Source of the DNA: an uncultured Pseudomonadota bacterium
GTDB lineage: Bacteria > Pseudomonadota > Alphaproteobacteria > RF32 > CAG-239
Length of the DNA stretch: 64,000 nucleotides
Assembly: GCA_902763535.1 (NCBI GenBank)
Contig: CACWSG010000009.1
Coordinates: 8,533 to 72,532 of the forward strand
Direction: 5' to 3'
Positions 9,432 through 22,844 of this stretch are shown here, in pieces. A program made the position numbers and the translations under genes. The first letter of the stretch is position 1. The number at the start of each line of letters is the position of its first letter. The notes beneath the pieces are model-generated. The model searched no databases, had not been told where the DNA came from, and saw nothing but the letters and a program-made list of their open reading frames with translations.

Positions 9432-10070
9432 ATGATGGTTAGAGTAGCCCCGTCATTGTTGGCTGCTGATTTTAGTAACTTAGGTGAACAGGTTGCAAAA
9501 TTAGAAGCTTGCGGTGCTGATATGCTGCATTTGGATGTGATGGATGGACATTTTGTACCCAACTTGTCCTTTGGTGTGCCGGTAATCAAAGGTTTGCGCC
9601 ACAAAACTCATCTGTCGTTTGATGCTCATCTGATGGTTAACAATCCGGAAAATATGATTGAGTGGTTTGCCAAAGCCGGTGCTGATTATATCACTATTCA
9701 TGCTGAGGCAACCGATGACCTATCCGGTGTTATCTCCAAGATTCATTCGTACAATATTAAGGCCGGTATTGCAATCAAACCGAGCACATCGGCGGATGTT
9801 TTGCAAAAGTTTATAGATAAAATTGATTTGATTTTGGTAATGACGGTTGAGCCCGGTTTTGGCGGTCAAAAATTTATGGAAGATATGCTTCCTAAAATAA
9901 AGCAAGTTCGGGCAATGATACAAAATCGTGATATTATTTTGAGTGTAGATGGCGGAATAAATGCTTCAACTGCGCTGATGGCAAAAGAGGCCGGAGCTGA
10001 TATGCTGGTTGCCGGAACTTATATTTTGGGCAGTAATGATTGGAGCAAAGCAATATCTTCTTTACGATAA
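9432..10070 (+). CDS. rpe: Ribulose-phosphate 3-epimerase
   Basis: APSLLAADF, HLDVMDGHFVPN, MTVEPGFGGQ, VDGGIN. Confidence 0.97.
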   Translation: MMVRVAPSLLAADFSNLGEQVAKLEACGADMLHLDVMDGHFVPNLSFGVPVIKGLRHKTHLSFDAHLMVNNPENMIEWFAKAGADYITIHAEATDDLSGVISKIHSYNIKAGIAIKPSTSADVLQKFIDKIDLILVMTVEPGFGGQKFMEDMLPKIKQVRAMIQNRDIILSVDGGINASTALMAKEAGADMLVAGTYILGSNDWSKAISSLR

Positions 10071-10081
10071 GGAGCAGATTT

Positions 10082-10795
10082 ATGAAACATTTGGTTATGG
10101 TTGTCGAAGATGAAGAAGCTTTAGGTTTGGTCCTCAAGTACAATCTTGAAAAAGACGGCTATGATGTAGCTGTGGTTACCAATGGTAACAAGGCGATTGC
10201 TGAAATTGAGAGTCAAAATCCTTCTGTAATTTTGATGGATTGGATGTTGCCTGAAATTTCCGGTTTGGAGTTGGTAAAACTTATTCGATCCAAACCTGAC
10301 ATCAAAGATATACCGATAATTATGCTCACCGCCAAAGGCGAAGAAGAAGACAAGATAAAAGGTTTGTCTGCCGGTGCTGATGACTATGTTACCAAGCCTT
10401 TTTCAATACCCGAGCTTTTAGCTCGTGTTAAAGCCCAAGTTCGGCGCGCTCCCGAAAAAACGACGGCAACAGAGTTGTTGTTTGAGGATATTCGCATGGA
10501 TTTGGTTGAGAAAAAAGTTTTTCGCGGTGAGAACTATATTCACTTAGGCCCTACCGAATTTCGTTTGTTGAAGTTATTGATGGAAACACCGGGGAAAGTC
10601 TTTTCTCGCGAATACTTGCTTAAAAATGCTTGGGGTGATAACATTTATGTTGAATCGCGTACGGTTGATGTTCATATTCGCCGGCTTCGTCGGGCGCTCA
10701 ATCAATATGGCGTTGATTATATTCGCACGGTTCGTGCCAATGGTTATTCTTTGGATAACTCGTTGGTTGACTATGAAGAACAAGAGGAAAAATAG
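10082..10795 (+). CDS. phoB: OmpR-family response regulator, PhoB type
   Basis: LMDWMLP receiver, GADDYVTKPFS, HLGPTEFRLL, RTVDVHIRRLRRAL. Confidence 0.85.
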   Translation: MKHLVMVVEDEEALGLVLKYNLEKDGYDVAVVTNGNKAIAEIESQNPSVILMDWMLPEISGLELVKLIRSKPDIKDIPIIMLTAKGEEEDKIKGLSAGADDYVTKPFSIPELLARVKAQVRRAPEKTTATELLFEDIRMDLVEKKVFRGENYIHLGPTEFRLLKLLMETPGKVFSREYLLKNAWGDNIYVESRTVDVHIRRLRRALNQYGVDYIRTVRANGYSLDNSLVDYEEQEEK

Positions 10796-10800
10796 ATTAA

Positions 10801-11928
<1,128 letters not shown>

Positions 11929-11930
11929 GT

Positions 11931-12845
11931 ATGGAAGAATGTGAAGCTAAAAAAGAAAATTTGCGAGTTTGCGTTTCGTGTGGTCACGCATCAGGAAATG
12001 ATGAGGCTTATGAGCAAGAGTCATATAACATGGGGCGTCTTATTGCGCAAATGGGATTTTGTTTGGACTATGGTTTTTCCGATAGCGGTGTAATGGGCGC
12101 TGTTGCGCGCGGTGTTTTGGACGAATGGGAAAACAATCAACATCAGTTTTATGTTAATGTCAGCCCAATTGTGGGGGTTACCACCAAAGAATATTATAAT
12201 CTTTATCAAAAAGATAAATTTTTAGAAAAAATTACCAATGTTGTTTTGACGGATACCATTGAAAATCGCAAGAAAAAGTTGTTGGAAGCCGACATAGTGG
12301 TTTTTGCTCCCGGCGGTGTCGGAACATTAGATGAATTAGCCTATGATTGTGTTGCTATGCAAGATGGCTTTATCAAAAACAAGCCTTTCATTATTTATAA
12401 TATCAATGGTTTTTTCTATCACATTTTGGAATATCTCAAAGAAATGGTAAATTCGGGTTTTGCTGAGCCGATACCTTTTATTGTGGTTGATAACAATAAT
12501 GAATTGGAGATAGCTTTTCGTTTGTTGAAATTGCGCTACAATGGTTGCGAATCATTCAAAGAGGCTTATTACCACGCTCGTAAGTTAGCCTATGAAATGC
12601 CTTATTTCATTAAGAAAAAAACTGATGACATGAGCTTGGAAAAAATGATAGAAGATATGGATCAAATTGAAATGAGAGGCACCAAGGAACAAAAGAAAAA
12701 ATTAAATGATGAAATAGACCAAGCTTATTTGGAAAAAGAGATTGAACGTATGTATGACCGTTTGGCTAAGGCCGGACGCGACACGGCAATGGTCAGCGAA
12801 AAATTAACCAAACTCAAAAAATCTCGTCAGAAAACCAATATATGA
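11931..12845 (+). CDS. LOG-family nucleotide monophosphate phosphoribohydrolase with helical C-terminal extension
   Basis: PGGVGTLDE signature, GVMGAVARG, RK pair, YNINGFF. Confidence 0.85.
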   Translation: MEECEAKKENLRVCVSCGHASGNDEAYEQESYNMGRLIAQMGFCLDYGFSDSGVMGAVARGVLDEWENNQHQFYVNVSPIVGVTTKEYYNLYQKDKFLEKITNVVLTDTIENRKKKLLEADIVVFAPGGVGTLDELAYDCVAMQDGFIKNKPFIIYNINGFFYHILEYLKEMVNSGFAEPIPFIVVDNNNELEIAFRLLKLRYNGCESFKEAYYHARKLAYEMPYFIKKKTDDMSLEKMIEDMDQIEMRGTKEQKKKLNDEIDQAYLEKEIERMYDRLAKAGRDTAMVSEKLTKLKKSRQKTNI

Positions 12846-12855
12846 GAAAAACACA

Positions 12856-14085
12856 ATGCTAAACCTGATTTGGTCCGGATTTTTTATTGTTGCTTTTATT
12901 TTAGCCATAGTTAAGAGCCTGCACGGCGATTTTTCTGTATGGCAGCAAATATCTGCAAGTTTGTTTGACAGTGCTGATAGCGGTTTTAGAATATCAATAG
13001 GTTTGACCGGAGTTTTGTGTTTGTGGCTCGGACTGCTCAAGATAGCTGAAAAATCAGGTTTAACTGAGGTGCTGGCTAAACTTTTGCGTCCGTTTTTTCA
13101 TGCAATTATGCCGGATTTAAAGAAAGATTCGCCGGCTTTCGGTTCTATCGTTATGAATGTCGCAGCCAATATATTGGGACTTGATAATGCGGCAACTCCG
13201 ATGGGGTTAAAGGCTTTTGCTCAGATGCAAAAAGAAAATCCTCATCCTGACCGAGCTTCTAATTCACAAATTATGTTTATGGTGCTAAATTCTTCATCAC
13301 TTACTTTATTGCCCATAACCATATTAATGTATCGTTATCAGTTCGGTTCGGCTAATCCGGCATTGGTTTTTATTCCTATTCTTTTAGCAACATCGGTTTC
13401 AACCTTAGCTGGTTTTTTAGCCACTGCCGTTTATCAAAAAATAAACATATTCAAGCCGATTGTGTTGTCCTACCTACTGGGCGGGATGTTTTTGATTGGC
13501 GGAATAGGATTTTGTTTTTTCCGCTTATCTCCTGACAGCAGAATAAACACGACCATGTTCATCAGTAATGCCGTGTTGTTTGGCTTAGCCGCATTATTTA
13601 TTGTATGGGGACTATTAAAAAAACAAAATGTTTATGAAAATTTTATTGAGGGTGCTAAAGAAGGTTTCACCATAGCAATACAAATTATTCCATACTTGGT
13701 GGCAATGTTGGTGGCAATAGGTGTTTTTCGTGCTGCCGGAGGCTTGGAAGCAATCTGTTCGGTTTTGGAAAAAATTATGGATTATTTTGCCATCAATCAT
13801 GACTTTGTTAAGGCTTTGCCGACGGCTTTTATGAAACCATTGTCGGGTAGCGGTGCGCGAGCTATGATGCTGGATACTTTTAAGACCTATGGTGTTGATA
13901 GTTTTGCCGGATTTGCATCATCAATTGTACAAGGTTCTACCGAAACAACTTTTTATGTTTTGGCAGTCTATTTTGGTTCAGTAAAAATCAGTAAAACCGG
14001 AGCCGCATTACCTTTGGCGTTGTTTGCTGATTTTTGCGGTGTTATTGCAGCAATTGTTTTAGCTTATTTCTTTTATCAGGAGTAA
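12856..14085 (+). CDS. Fused SpmA/SpmB nucleoside-recognition (Gate) membrane protein
   Basis: ANILGLDNAATPMGLKA, KPLSGSGA, GSTETTFYVLAVYFGSV. Confidence 0.92.
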   Translation: MLNLIWSGFFIVAFILAIVKSLHGDFSVWQQISASLFDSADSGFRISIGLTGVLCLWLGLLKIAEKSGLTEVLAKLLRPFFHAIMPDLKKDSPAFGSIVMNVAANILGLDNAATPMGLKAFAQMQKENPHPDRASNSQIMFMVLNSSSLTLLPITILMYRYQFGSANPALVFIPILLATSVSTLAGFLATAVYQKINIFKPIVLSYLLGGMFLIGGIGFCFFRLSPDSRINTTMFISNAVLFGLAALFIVWGLLKKQNVYENFIEGAKEGFTIAIQIIPYLVAMLVAIGVFRAAGGLEAICSVLEKIMDYFAINHDFVKALPTAFMKPLSGSGARAMMLDTFKTYGVDSFAGFASSIVQGSTETTFYVLAVYFGSVKISKTGAALPLALFADFCGVIAAIVLAYFFYQE

Positions 14086-14089
14086 AAAA

Positions 14090-14821
14090 ATGGATGAATT
14101 AACCAATAATCAAGAAACTTCTTCAGCCAATCAAGATTTACAATCCAATCAGGTCCAATCTTGGGATGACAATGATGGGGATATTAATCAACCTCAGGAT
14201 GATCCCATACATAACATTGCTGTTGCCTTGCAGGTAGGAGCTTTGGCTGAAGCTCGTCAGTTGAGTGATGAGCTGTGGGGAAAAGGTGGCGACCTGTCAT
14301 CAGATGATGCTTTCTTCTATTTGGATTGTCTTGTAAATATGGGTGATGTTGAACGAGCCGGCCTATTGTTAAAACCTATATTGCCGGAAATGAGCAGATA
14401 TATAGATGAATATTGGGATATTCTTCTGAAATACAGTTTTCTGTCGGCAAATTTGTCTTTGGCTACATCAATCAGTGAGTATCCTCAGGTTCGTGAACAA
14501 GGAAGTGATATCTACAATTGGTTGCAACAACAAAAACAATATGGCTTGGGACAATACTATGAACAAATTTTGCGTATTGCTTTTAATGCTGTGCAACAAA
14601 AATTATGCTTGTTTGATTTGATAGTAACAGAAGACGGATCAGTTTCCGTGAATTTCTATTCGGCCTGCAGTGACGATGAAAATGACCAAATTGCTCAAAA
14701 AGTAATTGTTGCGATTGATGATTACTTTGAAAGACTGGGTATTGAGATGCCGGAAGGTTTGTATTTGGCATTTGATAATGTCAAAAACTATCTAAATCAA
14801 TCAGCGGGGAGTGATGACTGA
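14090..14821 (+). CDS. Hypothetical acidic protein (helical, possibly TPR-like)
   Basis: 243-aa ORF with SD AGGAG, 4 bp after the previous stop. Confidence 0.75.
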   Translation: MDELTNNQETSSANQDLQSNQVQSWDDNDGDINQPQDDPIHNIAVALQVGALAEARQLSDELWGKGGDLSSDDAFFYLDCLVNMGDVERAGLLLKPILPEMSRYIDEYWDILLKYSFLSANLSLATSISEYPQVREQGSDIYNWLQQQKQYGLGQYYEQILRIAFNAVQQKLCLFDLIVTEDGSVSVNFYSACSDDENDQIAQKVIVAIDDYFERLGIEMPEGLYLAFDNVKNYLNQSAGSDD

Positions 14822-15775
14822 GTTTCCGACCTCGGAATTTTGATTTTTCTCTAAAACACCGGAAAGTTTTCCTATGGCGGAAGCTATTAATTTGCGTACC
14901 AGAGCTGAGGCTGTCTTTTGCGCATCATCTTTTGCCGCAAAAAGAATAAAACGATTTTGGTGTTCGGTATAATTTTCCGAAGTCTTAGTGTCAACTAAGG
15001 TTACCGCCACCACAACCTGTAACCGATTAGTTTCCGAATTCAGGCTGTCGACTTTAGCCTTCAACACTTTGGTTTTTAGAATATAGTCAGGGTTTTGCAT
15101 CTTATCTGTAATGTGCAATCCTGAGGTTTGTTGTAAATCACTCTTTATATATTCAAAAAATTTAGCGGTTGAATTCCCATCAAAAAATTCAGTGCGTTCA
15201 ACAAAAACTTCTTTCAGATTGTTTGTTGTAACAGCTACTTTGTTTTGAGGCTTGTGGTTGCTACTTTCAGAGGGTTCCGCTTCGTTGTATGCAATTTCTT
15301 TATTGATATTTATTTGCGGCTTGGGCGGCAGATTAATATCCAACTCATCTTCCAAAACTAATTCATGATTTTTGGGTGCGACAACTTTGTTGACCTGATT
15401 GAAAACCTTAGCGATGGAATCCATAGTAATAAAACCGCTTATTTCAATACAAAGCTCATCATCAGTTTGACTGGTAGTGTTAATATTCAGGCTGTTAAGA
15501 TAGTGATCAGCCAAAAGATATATTTTGTTATTAAAATCCTGCAAATCAGTCCGTTCGCGATAATCGTCCAGTACGGATAATTTATGCAAGGCATTAAAAA
15601 TGGCTTTATCGGTAGCCCGAGCTCTTGCTGAGGAAGTACTTTCGCCGGATGATATTTCTTCACAAGTCGAATTATAAACGGTTATCTCGTCAGCAGGCTT
15701 TGGCGAGCTTTCTTGCGCAAAAGCAAAAGGCGCTGTTAATATTAAAGCGCCTATAATGCCTAAAAACAAACGCAT
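14801..15775 (-). CDS. Exported hypothetical protein
   Basis: Signal peptide MRLFLGIIGALILTAPFAFA; two domains joined by a P/N-rich linker. Confidence 0.75.
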   Translation of the reverse strand: MRLFLGIIGALILTAPFAFAQESSPKPADEITVYNSTCEEISSGESTSSARARATDKAIFNALHKLSVLDDYRERTDLQDFNNKIYLLADHYLNSLNINTTSQTDDELCIEISGFITMDSIAKVFNQVNKVVAPKNHELVLEDELDINLPPKPQININKEIAYNEAEPSESSNHKPQNKVAVTTNNLKEVFVERTEFFDGNSTAKFFEYIKSDLQQTSGLHITDKMQNPDYILKTKVLKAKVDSLNSETNRLQVVVAVTLVDTKTSENYTEHQNRFILFAAKDDAQKTASALVRKLIASAIGKLSGVLEKNQNSEVGNSVITPR

Positions 15776-15779
15776 TATC

Positions 15780-16415
15780 CTACCACCAGCTTCCATCATC
15801 ATTTTGAACTTGGCGTACGGTATCTGACCAACTGTTCAACATATTGCCGTTGCGATCCATCAAACGCATTTCATAGGAGATGACGGGAACTTCAGGAATA
15901 TTTGAGTTAGTCAATGAGCTTTCAAAAACATAATCGGCAGCATCGGGATTATCAACCAAATTGAACATATTGGAATTTACCAAAATGTTTTTAGCTGTCT
16001 GACCGGCAGCATAGCCGCCTTCCGGCAAATAACGATCAATTTGCACCATATCGGCAACATATACCGGAGCCTTAGGATTATTAGCAAAAATTGCCGGAGA
16101 ATCCTCTAACACTTTACCGGCAACTCGAGTTGCTAAAACACCATAAACTTCAGGTGTAATTACATAGTTGGCAGACTCATAACGTTCACCGCGTTTAGGC
16201 AATTGATAACCTTGATTTTCTACTTGGACATTATTATATCCGGCAACCTCACTTGTGGTGTAGTTAACTCTTTCTTCGGTTCTGACATCAATATATTTAA
16301 CATCAGGACCGGCATGACACCAACCCAACATACTGCACAAATCGGGGCTTCTTACATTGCTGCAAGCACTAACCGCTAACAAGCTTATTCCGGCAATTAA
16401 AGACTTTTTCATCAT
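15780..16415 (-). CDS. Hypothetical lipoprotein
   Basis: MMKK...LAVSAC lipobox; SD GGAG. Confidence 0.78.
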   Translation of the reverse strand: MMKKSLIAGISLLAVSACSNVRSPDLCSMLGWCHAGPDVKYIDVRTEERVNYTTSEVAGYNNVQVENQGYQLPKRGERYESANYVITPEVYGVLATRVAGKVLEDSPAIFANNPKAPVYVADMVQIDRYLPEGGYAAGQTAKNILVNSNMFNLVDNPDAADYVFESSLTNSNIPEVPVISYEMRLMDRNGNMLNSWSDTVRQVQNDDGSWW

Positions 16416-16568
16416 TTTAACTCCATGCATACTTTCTCTAAAAAACGATTATAAAACATTATAAAAAAATTAAAATATATTTTTTTATTAATTCACTATT
16501 TGCTTTTTAACATAACTTATATTAAAATCGCGTTAATTTTATACGATACAATAAAGAAAGATAATATA

Positions 16569-17024
16569 ATGACTATCGCATTTACTTTTATTCTCATCGG
16601 TTTAGCGGCAGTTGTGTTTCCCTTGCGGCGCAATCGGTTTTATTTGCTCAATGCGGCTCTGGTTATCGGATTGTCATATATTGCCGAACATTATTGGTTT
16701 AGAATAAGTGCTGCCAATCTTTTATCCGTTAAAACCATAATGTTGTTTGTGGTGTTTCATGTGATATGTATCAATTTTACGACTTTTATTGCTTATGGAG
16801 TTGATAAAAGAGCCGCCGTCAATCATCAATGGCGCATACCGGAAAATGATTTGCATATGTTGGAGTTTTTGGGCGGTTGGATAGGTGCTTTCATTGCTCA
16901 GAGATTTTTTCATCACAAAACTTCCAAAAAAAGTTTTCAAAATATTTATTTTCTCATGATAGTTATGGAGATTGCCGTTTTGTGGTTTTTATATAACTAT
17001 TTGGGATTAAGTCGATTTTTTTAA
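16569..17024 (+). CDS. DUF1294 membrane protein
   Basis: YGVDKRAA..QWRIPE..LH...GGWIGA..AQRFFHHKTSK. Confidence 0.9.
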   Translation: MTIAFTFILIGLAAVVFPLRRNRFYLLNAALVIGLSYIAEHYWFRISAANLLSVKTIMLFVVFHVICINFTTFIAYGVDKRAAVNHQWRIPENDLHMLEFLGGWIGAFIAQRFFHHKTSKKSFQNIYFLMIVMEIAVLWFLYNYLGLSRFF

Positions 17025-17083
17025 CAATTCTTTAGCTTTGCCGATTTATATTTCAGGCAAACAACAAAATAAGGACATCGGAT

Positions 17084-18403
17084 ATGCAGAGTATCAGTAC
17101 TGATAAGTTATGTGAAATATTAGGTTACAAAGGAAATGTGCAATCAGGGCAAATCAGCCACATTACCACGGATTCTCGCCAAGTAACTGCGGGAGATTTG
17201 TTTATTGCTTTGCGCGGCGAAAAATTTGACGGACACAATTTTGTGGCACAAGTCTTGGATAATGGAGCTCATTTGGCCATCGTTGATCACTTAATTGACA
17301 AAGTTCCTGCCGATAAACAGATTGTGGTTGAAAACACCCTGCAAGCTTATGGCAAAATCGGAGCTTATAATCGTTCGCATTTTAAGGGGACGGTTATCGG
17401 CCTCACCGGTTCATCCGGCAAAACCACCACCAAAGAAGAGCTCAAATCAGCACTTTCTCAATATGGTAAAGTTTATGCCACTCAAGGCAATTTTAACAAT
17501 GGTGTCGGCGTGCCGGCAACTTTGTGCAACTTAGATATGACGGCTGATTTTGCCGTTATCGAAATGGGAATGAGCGCCAAAGGTGAAATTGAAGAACTGA
17601 CCGGTTATACCAAGCCGGATATTGCCATAATCACCAATGTTTATCCCATGCATATAGAATTTTTTGAGAATTTTGCCGGCATCGCCGAGGCCAAGGCCGA
17701 AATTTTTAAGGGCTTAAAAAAAGGCGGTGCGGCTGTTATTAACGAGGACACCAATTTTGCTGATATTTTGGAACAACGCGCTGTTGAAAACGGGGCAATT
17801 GTCTATAAGTTTGGCAAAAATCACCACTCATCAGCCGAACTTCATCTTCAAGATGAAGGTGAACATAATTTCTACAACGCATGGTGTGTCTTAAAAGTTA
17901 TCGAAGTTTTGGGTTTGGATGAGAAAAAGGCGGTTACTGCTTTGAATAATTTTACGGCTCTTGCCGGTCGTGGTGCCAAACATCAACTGAAATTGGCAAA
18001 CGGCAGCTATACTCTTATTGATGACAGCTATTCCGGTCAGCCCGAAGCTATGAAATTAGCAATAGCCAATTTGAACAAAATGCCTTGTTCGGGACGCAAA
18101 ATCGCCGTATTGGGCAAAATGGCTGAGCTTGGCGATTCGTCTTTGGCACGCCACATTGAAATCGGTCAGGCTCTGGCAGGTTCCGATATTGATATTGTTA
18201 TTGGAGTTTGTCCTGAAATGCGCGATATGTTGGCTCAGCTTCCCGCCTCAAAAGAACAACATTATTTTGAGAACAACCATGGTTTGGATGAATTTTTGCT
18301 AAATAAATGCTTGCAAAATGGCGATATTGTTCTTATAAAAGGAGCCAGATATTCATCTCAGATGTATAAAACAGCCGAAAGTCTGATTGAAAAGGGAAAA
18401 TAA
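17084..18403 (+). CDS. murF: UDP-MurNAc-tripeptide--D-Ala-D-Ala ligase
   Basis: TDSR, GEKFDGH, TGSSGKTTTKE, EMGM, IDDSY, LGKMAELG. Confidence 0.95.
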   Translation: MQSISTDKLCEILGYKGNVQSGQISHITTDSRQVTAGDLFIALRGEKFDGHNFVAQVLDNGAHLAIVDHLIDKVPADKQIVVENTLQAYGKIGAYNRSHFKGTVIGLTGSSGKTTTKEELKSALSQYGKVYATQGNFNNGVGVPATLCNLDMTADFAVIEMGMSAKGEIEELTGYTKPDIAIITNVYPMHIEFFENFAGIAEAKAEIFKGLKKGGAAVINEDTNFADILEQRAVENGAIVYKFGKNHHSSAELHLQDEGEHNFYNAWCVLKVIEVLGLDEKKAVTALNNFTALAGRGAKHQLKLANGSYTLIDDSYSGQPEAMKLAIANLNKMPCSGRKIAVLGKMAELGDSSLARHIEIGQALAGSDIDIVIGVCPEMRDMLAQLPASKEQHYFENNHGLDEFLLNKCLQNGDIVLIKGARYSSQMYKTAESLIEKGK

Positions 18404-18406
18404 AAA

Positions 18407-18880
18407 ATGAAATGTCCGTTTTGCGGCAGTGCTGACACTCAAGTTAAAGATTCGCGCAATACCGATGATGATACAGCGGTGCGCCGCCGTCGAGAGTGTC
18501 CGGAGTGCGGGCAGAGGTTTACCACTTTTGAACACGTTCAGTTGCGTGATTTGATGGTGGTAAAAAAGAACGGCGAGCGAGTAATGTTTGATCGCGACAA
18601 ATTGGCTAAGTCAATTTATATTGCCGTACGCAAGCGTCCCATCAGTTCGGAACGAGTTGAAAAAATTGTTAATTCAATCCAGCGCCGTTTGGAAAGCACA
18701 GGAGAAATTGAATTTACATCAACTCAAATCGGCGAAATGGTTATGGAATCTTTGGCCACACTTGACAGAGTTGCGTATATTCGGTTTGCTTCCGTTTATA
18801 AGGACTTCCGTGAAGCTAAAGATTTTGAAAAATTTTTGGCCGAGTTAGAACAAATGGCCAAGCCGAAAGGAGAAGATTAA
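18407..18880 (+). CDS. nrdR: Transcriptional repressor NrdR
   Basis: [26 protein letters not shown] cone, [10 protein letters not shown]. Confidence 0.98.
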   Translation: MKCPFCGSADTQVKDSRNTDDDTAVRRRRECPECGQRFTTFEHVQLRDLMVVKKNGERVMFDRDKLAKSIYIAVRKRPISSERVEKIVNSIQRRLESTGEIEFTSTQIGEMVMESLATLDRVAYIRFASVYKDFREAKDFEKFLAELEQMAKPKGED

Positions 18881-18882
18881 TC

Positions 18883-19374
18883 ATGGCAAAATTTATTTCC
18901 GAAAAAATAAAAAAGAAATCATCGGCGCGTTTGGCCGCTGTACAAGCTACCTATATGATTGAATATGGTCAGCTTCCGGTTGATATTGTGATTAAAGATT
19001 TTGTTAATGGTGAAATCGGCCGCTATGCCATAGAAGAAGAAAGTGATGGCTTCGAAATTATGGAGCAGGCGGTCGAAATTGAGGAAATGGACGCAGAATA
19101 TTTTACCGCTTTAGTTCGCGGTGTCCAAAAAAATAAAGAAGCTTTGGAACAATCTTTGAGCTCTTATCTCAAAGAAGGATGGCAGTTTGATCGTTTTGAC
19201 GGTACTTTGCGAGCTTTGCTGTTGTGTGCGGCTTATGAATTGGTTCACACAACCGATATTGATGCAACCGTTATAGTTAAAGAATATGTCGATTTAGCTT
19301 ATGCCTTTTTCTCCAAAGGTGAGCCTAAAATGGTCAATGCCTTGTTGGATAGTATTGCAAAATCTGTTCGGTAG
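18883..19374 (+). CDS. nusB: Transcription antitermination factor NusB
   Basis: SSARLAAVQATY, EYVDLAYAF, MVNALLD. Confidence 0.93.
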   Translation: MAKFISEKIKKKSSARLAAVQATYMIEYGQLPVDIVIKDFVNGEIGRYAIEEESDGFEIMEQAVEIEEMDAEYFTALVRGVQKNKEALEQSLSSYLKEGWQFDRFDGTLRALLLCAAYELVHTTDIDATVIVKEYVDLAYAFFSKGEPKMVNALLDSIAKSVR

Positions 19375-19380
19375 GAAGTT

Positions 19381-19893
19381 ATGACCAAGTTGAAACTTTA
19401 TGAATATCCTCATCCTATTTTGAAAAAGAAAGCTCTCAAAGTTGAAAGTTTTGACGCTTCTTTGCGCAAACTTCTCGATGATATGTTGGAAACAATGTAT
19501 GCATACAATGGTTGTGGTTTGGCTGCACCGCAGGTAGGAATTTCGCAGCGCATAGTTGTCATTGACATTGCTCATGAAGATGAAGAACCTGCACCGTTGT
19601 ATATGGTCAATCCGGAAATAATTTGGCGTTCTGACGAGCAAAAAATTTGTGAAGAAGGTTGTTTGTCGGTTCCCGGACAACGTGCCGAAGTTGAGCGTCC
19701 GGCCTCAGTCAAAGTAAAATACATAGATTATAACGGCAAACCTCAGGAATTATTGGCTGATGAATTTTTAGCCGTAGCAGTTCAGCATGAATTGGATCAC
19801 CTTGACGGCATCTTATACATTGATCATATCAGCCGCCTTAAACGCCAAATGTTGCTGAAAAAACTCGAAAAGCAACGCAAAGAACAGGATTGA
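19381..19893 (+). CDS. def: Peptide deformylase
   Basis: GLAAPQVG, EGCLS, QHELDHLDG. Confidence 0.98.
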   Translation: MTKLKLYEYPHPILKKKALKVESFDASLRKLLDDMLETMYAYNGCGLAAPQVGISQRIVVIDIAHEDEEPAPLYMVNPEIIWRSDEQKICEEGCLSVPGQRAEVERPASVKVKYIDYNGKPQELLADEFLAVAVQHELDHLDGILYIDHISRLKRQMLLKKLEKQRKEQD

Positions 19894-19976
19894 TGGTTTA
19901 GTATATTTTATGTCGTTAAATAATAATTAAATCTTATATTATACAATCGCCGAAGTTGTTGGTTGAGGTGAGTAGA

Positions 19977-20702
19977 ATGAGCGCTCTTAAAAAATTACCC
20001 TTATTAAATATCTTAAAAAAGTCATTGGCTTATTGTGTAAAAAATTGGCAGCTTTCTGCGACATTCAGCTTGATGTTTTATATTATCGGAGCCCTAGCCG
20101 TTTGGAGCTGGCAGAGCTGGATGTTTTTGCCGATTATGATTGTTTTGTATGTCATTTGGGGTGTTTTCTTTCGGGTTTATTTCAATCGTCATCCCTATTT
20201 CAACCTGAAGCCTTTGTTCAATTCACTAATGCCGTCAACCAAAATTGTTTTGTTGACCGTAGTGATTGCCAGCCTTTTGGTATTGTTGCCTTTGGTGCCG
20301 CTGTTCATCAATATTTCACCGGAGTTTAATCAAAATTATGCTCAATTTTTGCAAGGTGATATTGAGCATAACGGTATGTTGATTTTGGCAGCCAATATAG
20401 TATTTTTGCTAATTTCACCAATTATTGCCTATCGTCCGTTTTTGGCTTGGATTTCGTCATTAATCGGTCGCTCCGGTTCATTGCGTCAAGCTTGGGAAAA
20501 AACTCGCCATAATTATTTTGAATTTTTGGTGATTTCTATTTGGACAGATTGTATGTTGTCGATTGCGCGGTGGGCTATTATCGAATTGGGTGGCAACGAC
20601 TATATGACAATGGTTATTGTCGCACCGGTTATGGTTTATTTTAATGTTGTATCAGCCCAAGCTTATGAATTTTTCTTCCTTGATAAACAAGAAGAAGATT
20701 AG
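19977..20702 (+). CDS. Hypothetical polytopic membrane protein
   Basis: About 6 hydrophobic segments; SD GAGGTG. Confidence 0.75.
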   Translation: MSALKKLPLLNILKKSLAYCVKNWQLSATFSLMFYIIGALAVWSWQSWMFLPIMIVLYVIWGVFFRVYFNRHPYFNLKPLFNSLMPSTKIVLLTVVIASLLVLLPLVPLFINISPEFNQNYAQFLQGDIEHNGMLILAANIVFLLISPIIAYRPFLAWISSLIGRSGSLRQAWEKTRHNYFEFLVISIWTDCMLSIARWAIIELGGNDYMTMVIVAPVMVYFNVVSAQAYEFFFLDKQEED

Positions 20703-20703
20703 C

Positions 20704-22779
<2,076 letters not shown>

Positions 22780-22798
22780 CTATCCCCGCAAAAAAACA

Positions 22799-22826
22799 AA
22801 TCCCCGCTTATGAAAAAGCGGGGATT
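22799..22826 (-). terminator. Intrinsic terminator downstream of infC
   Basis: aatccccgctt...aagcggggatt hairpin followed by a T-rich tract on the minus strand. Confidence 0.75.
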
Positions 22827-22844
22827 AAAATTTATTTCGCCGCT

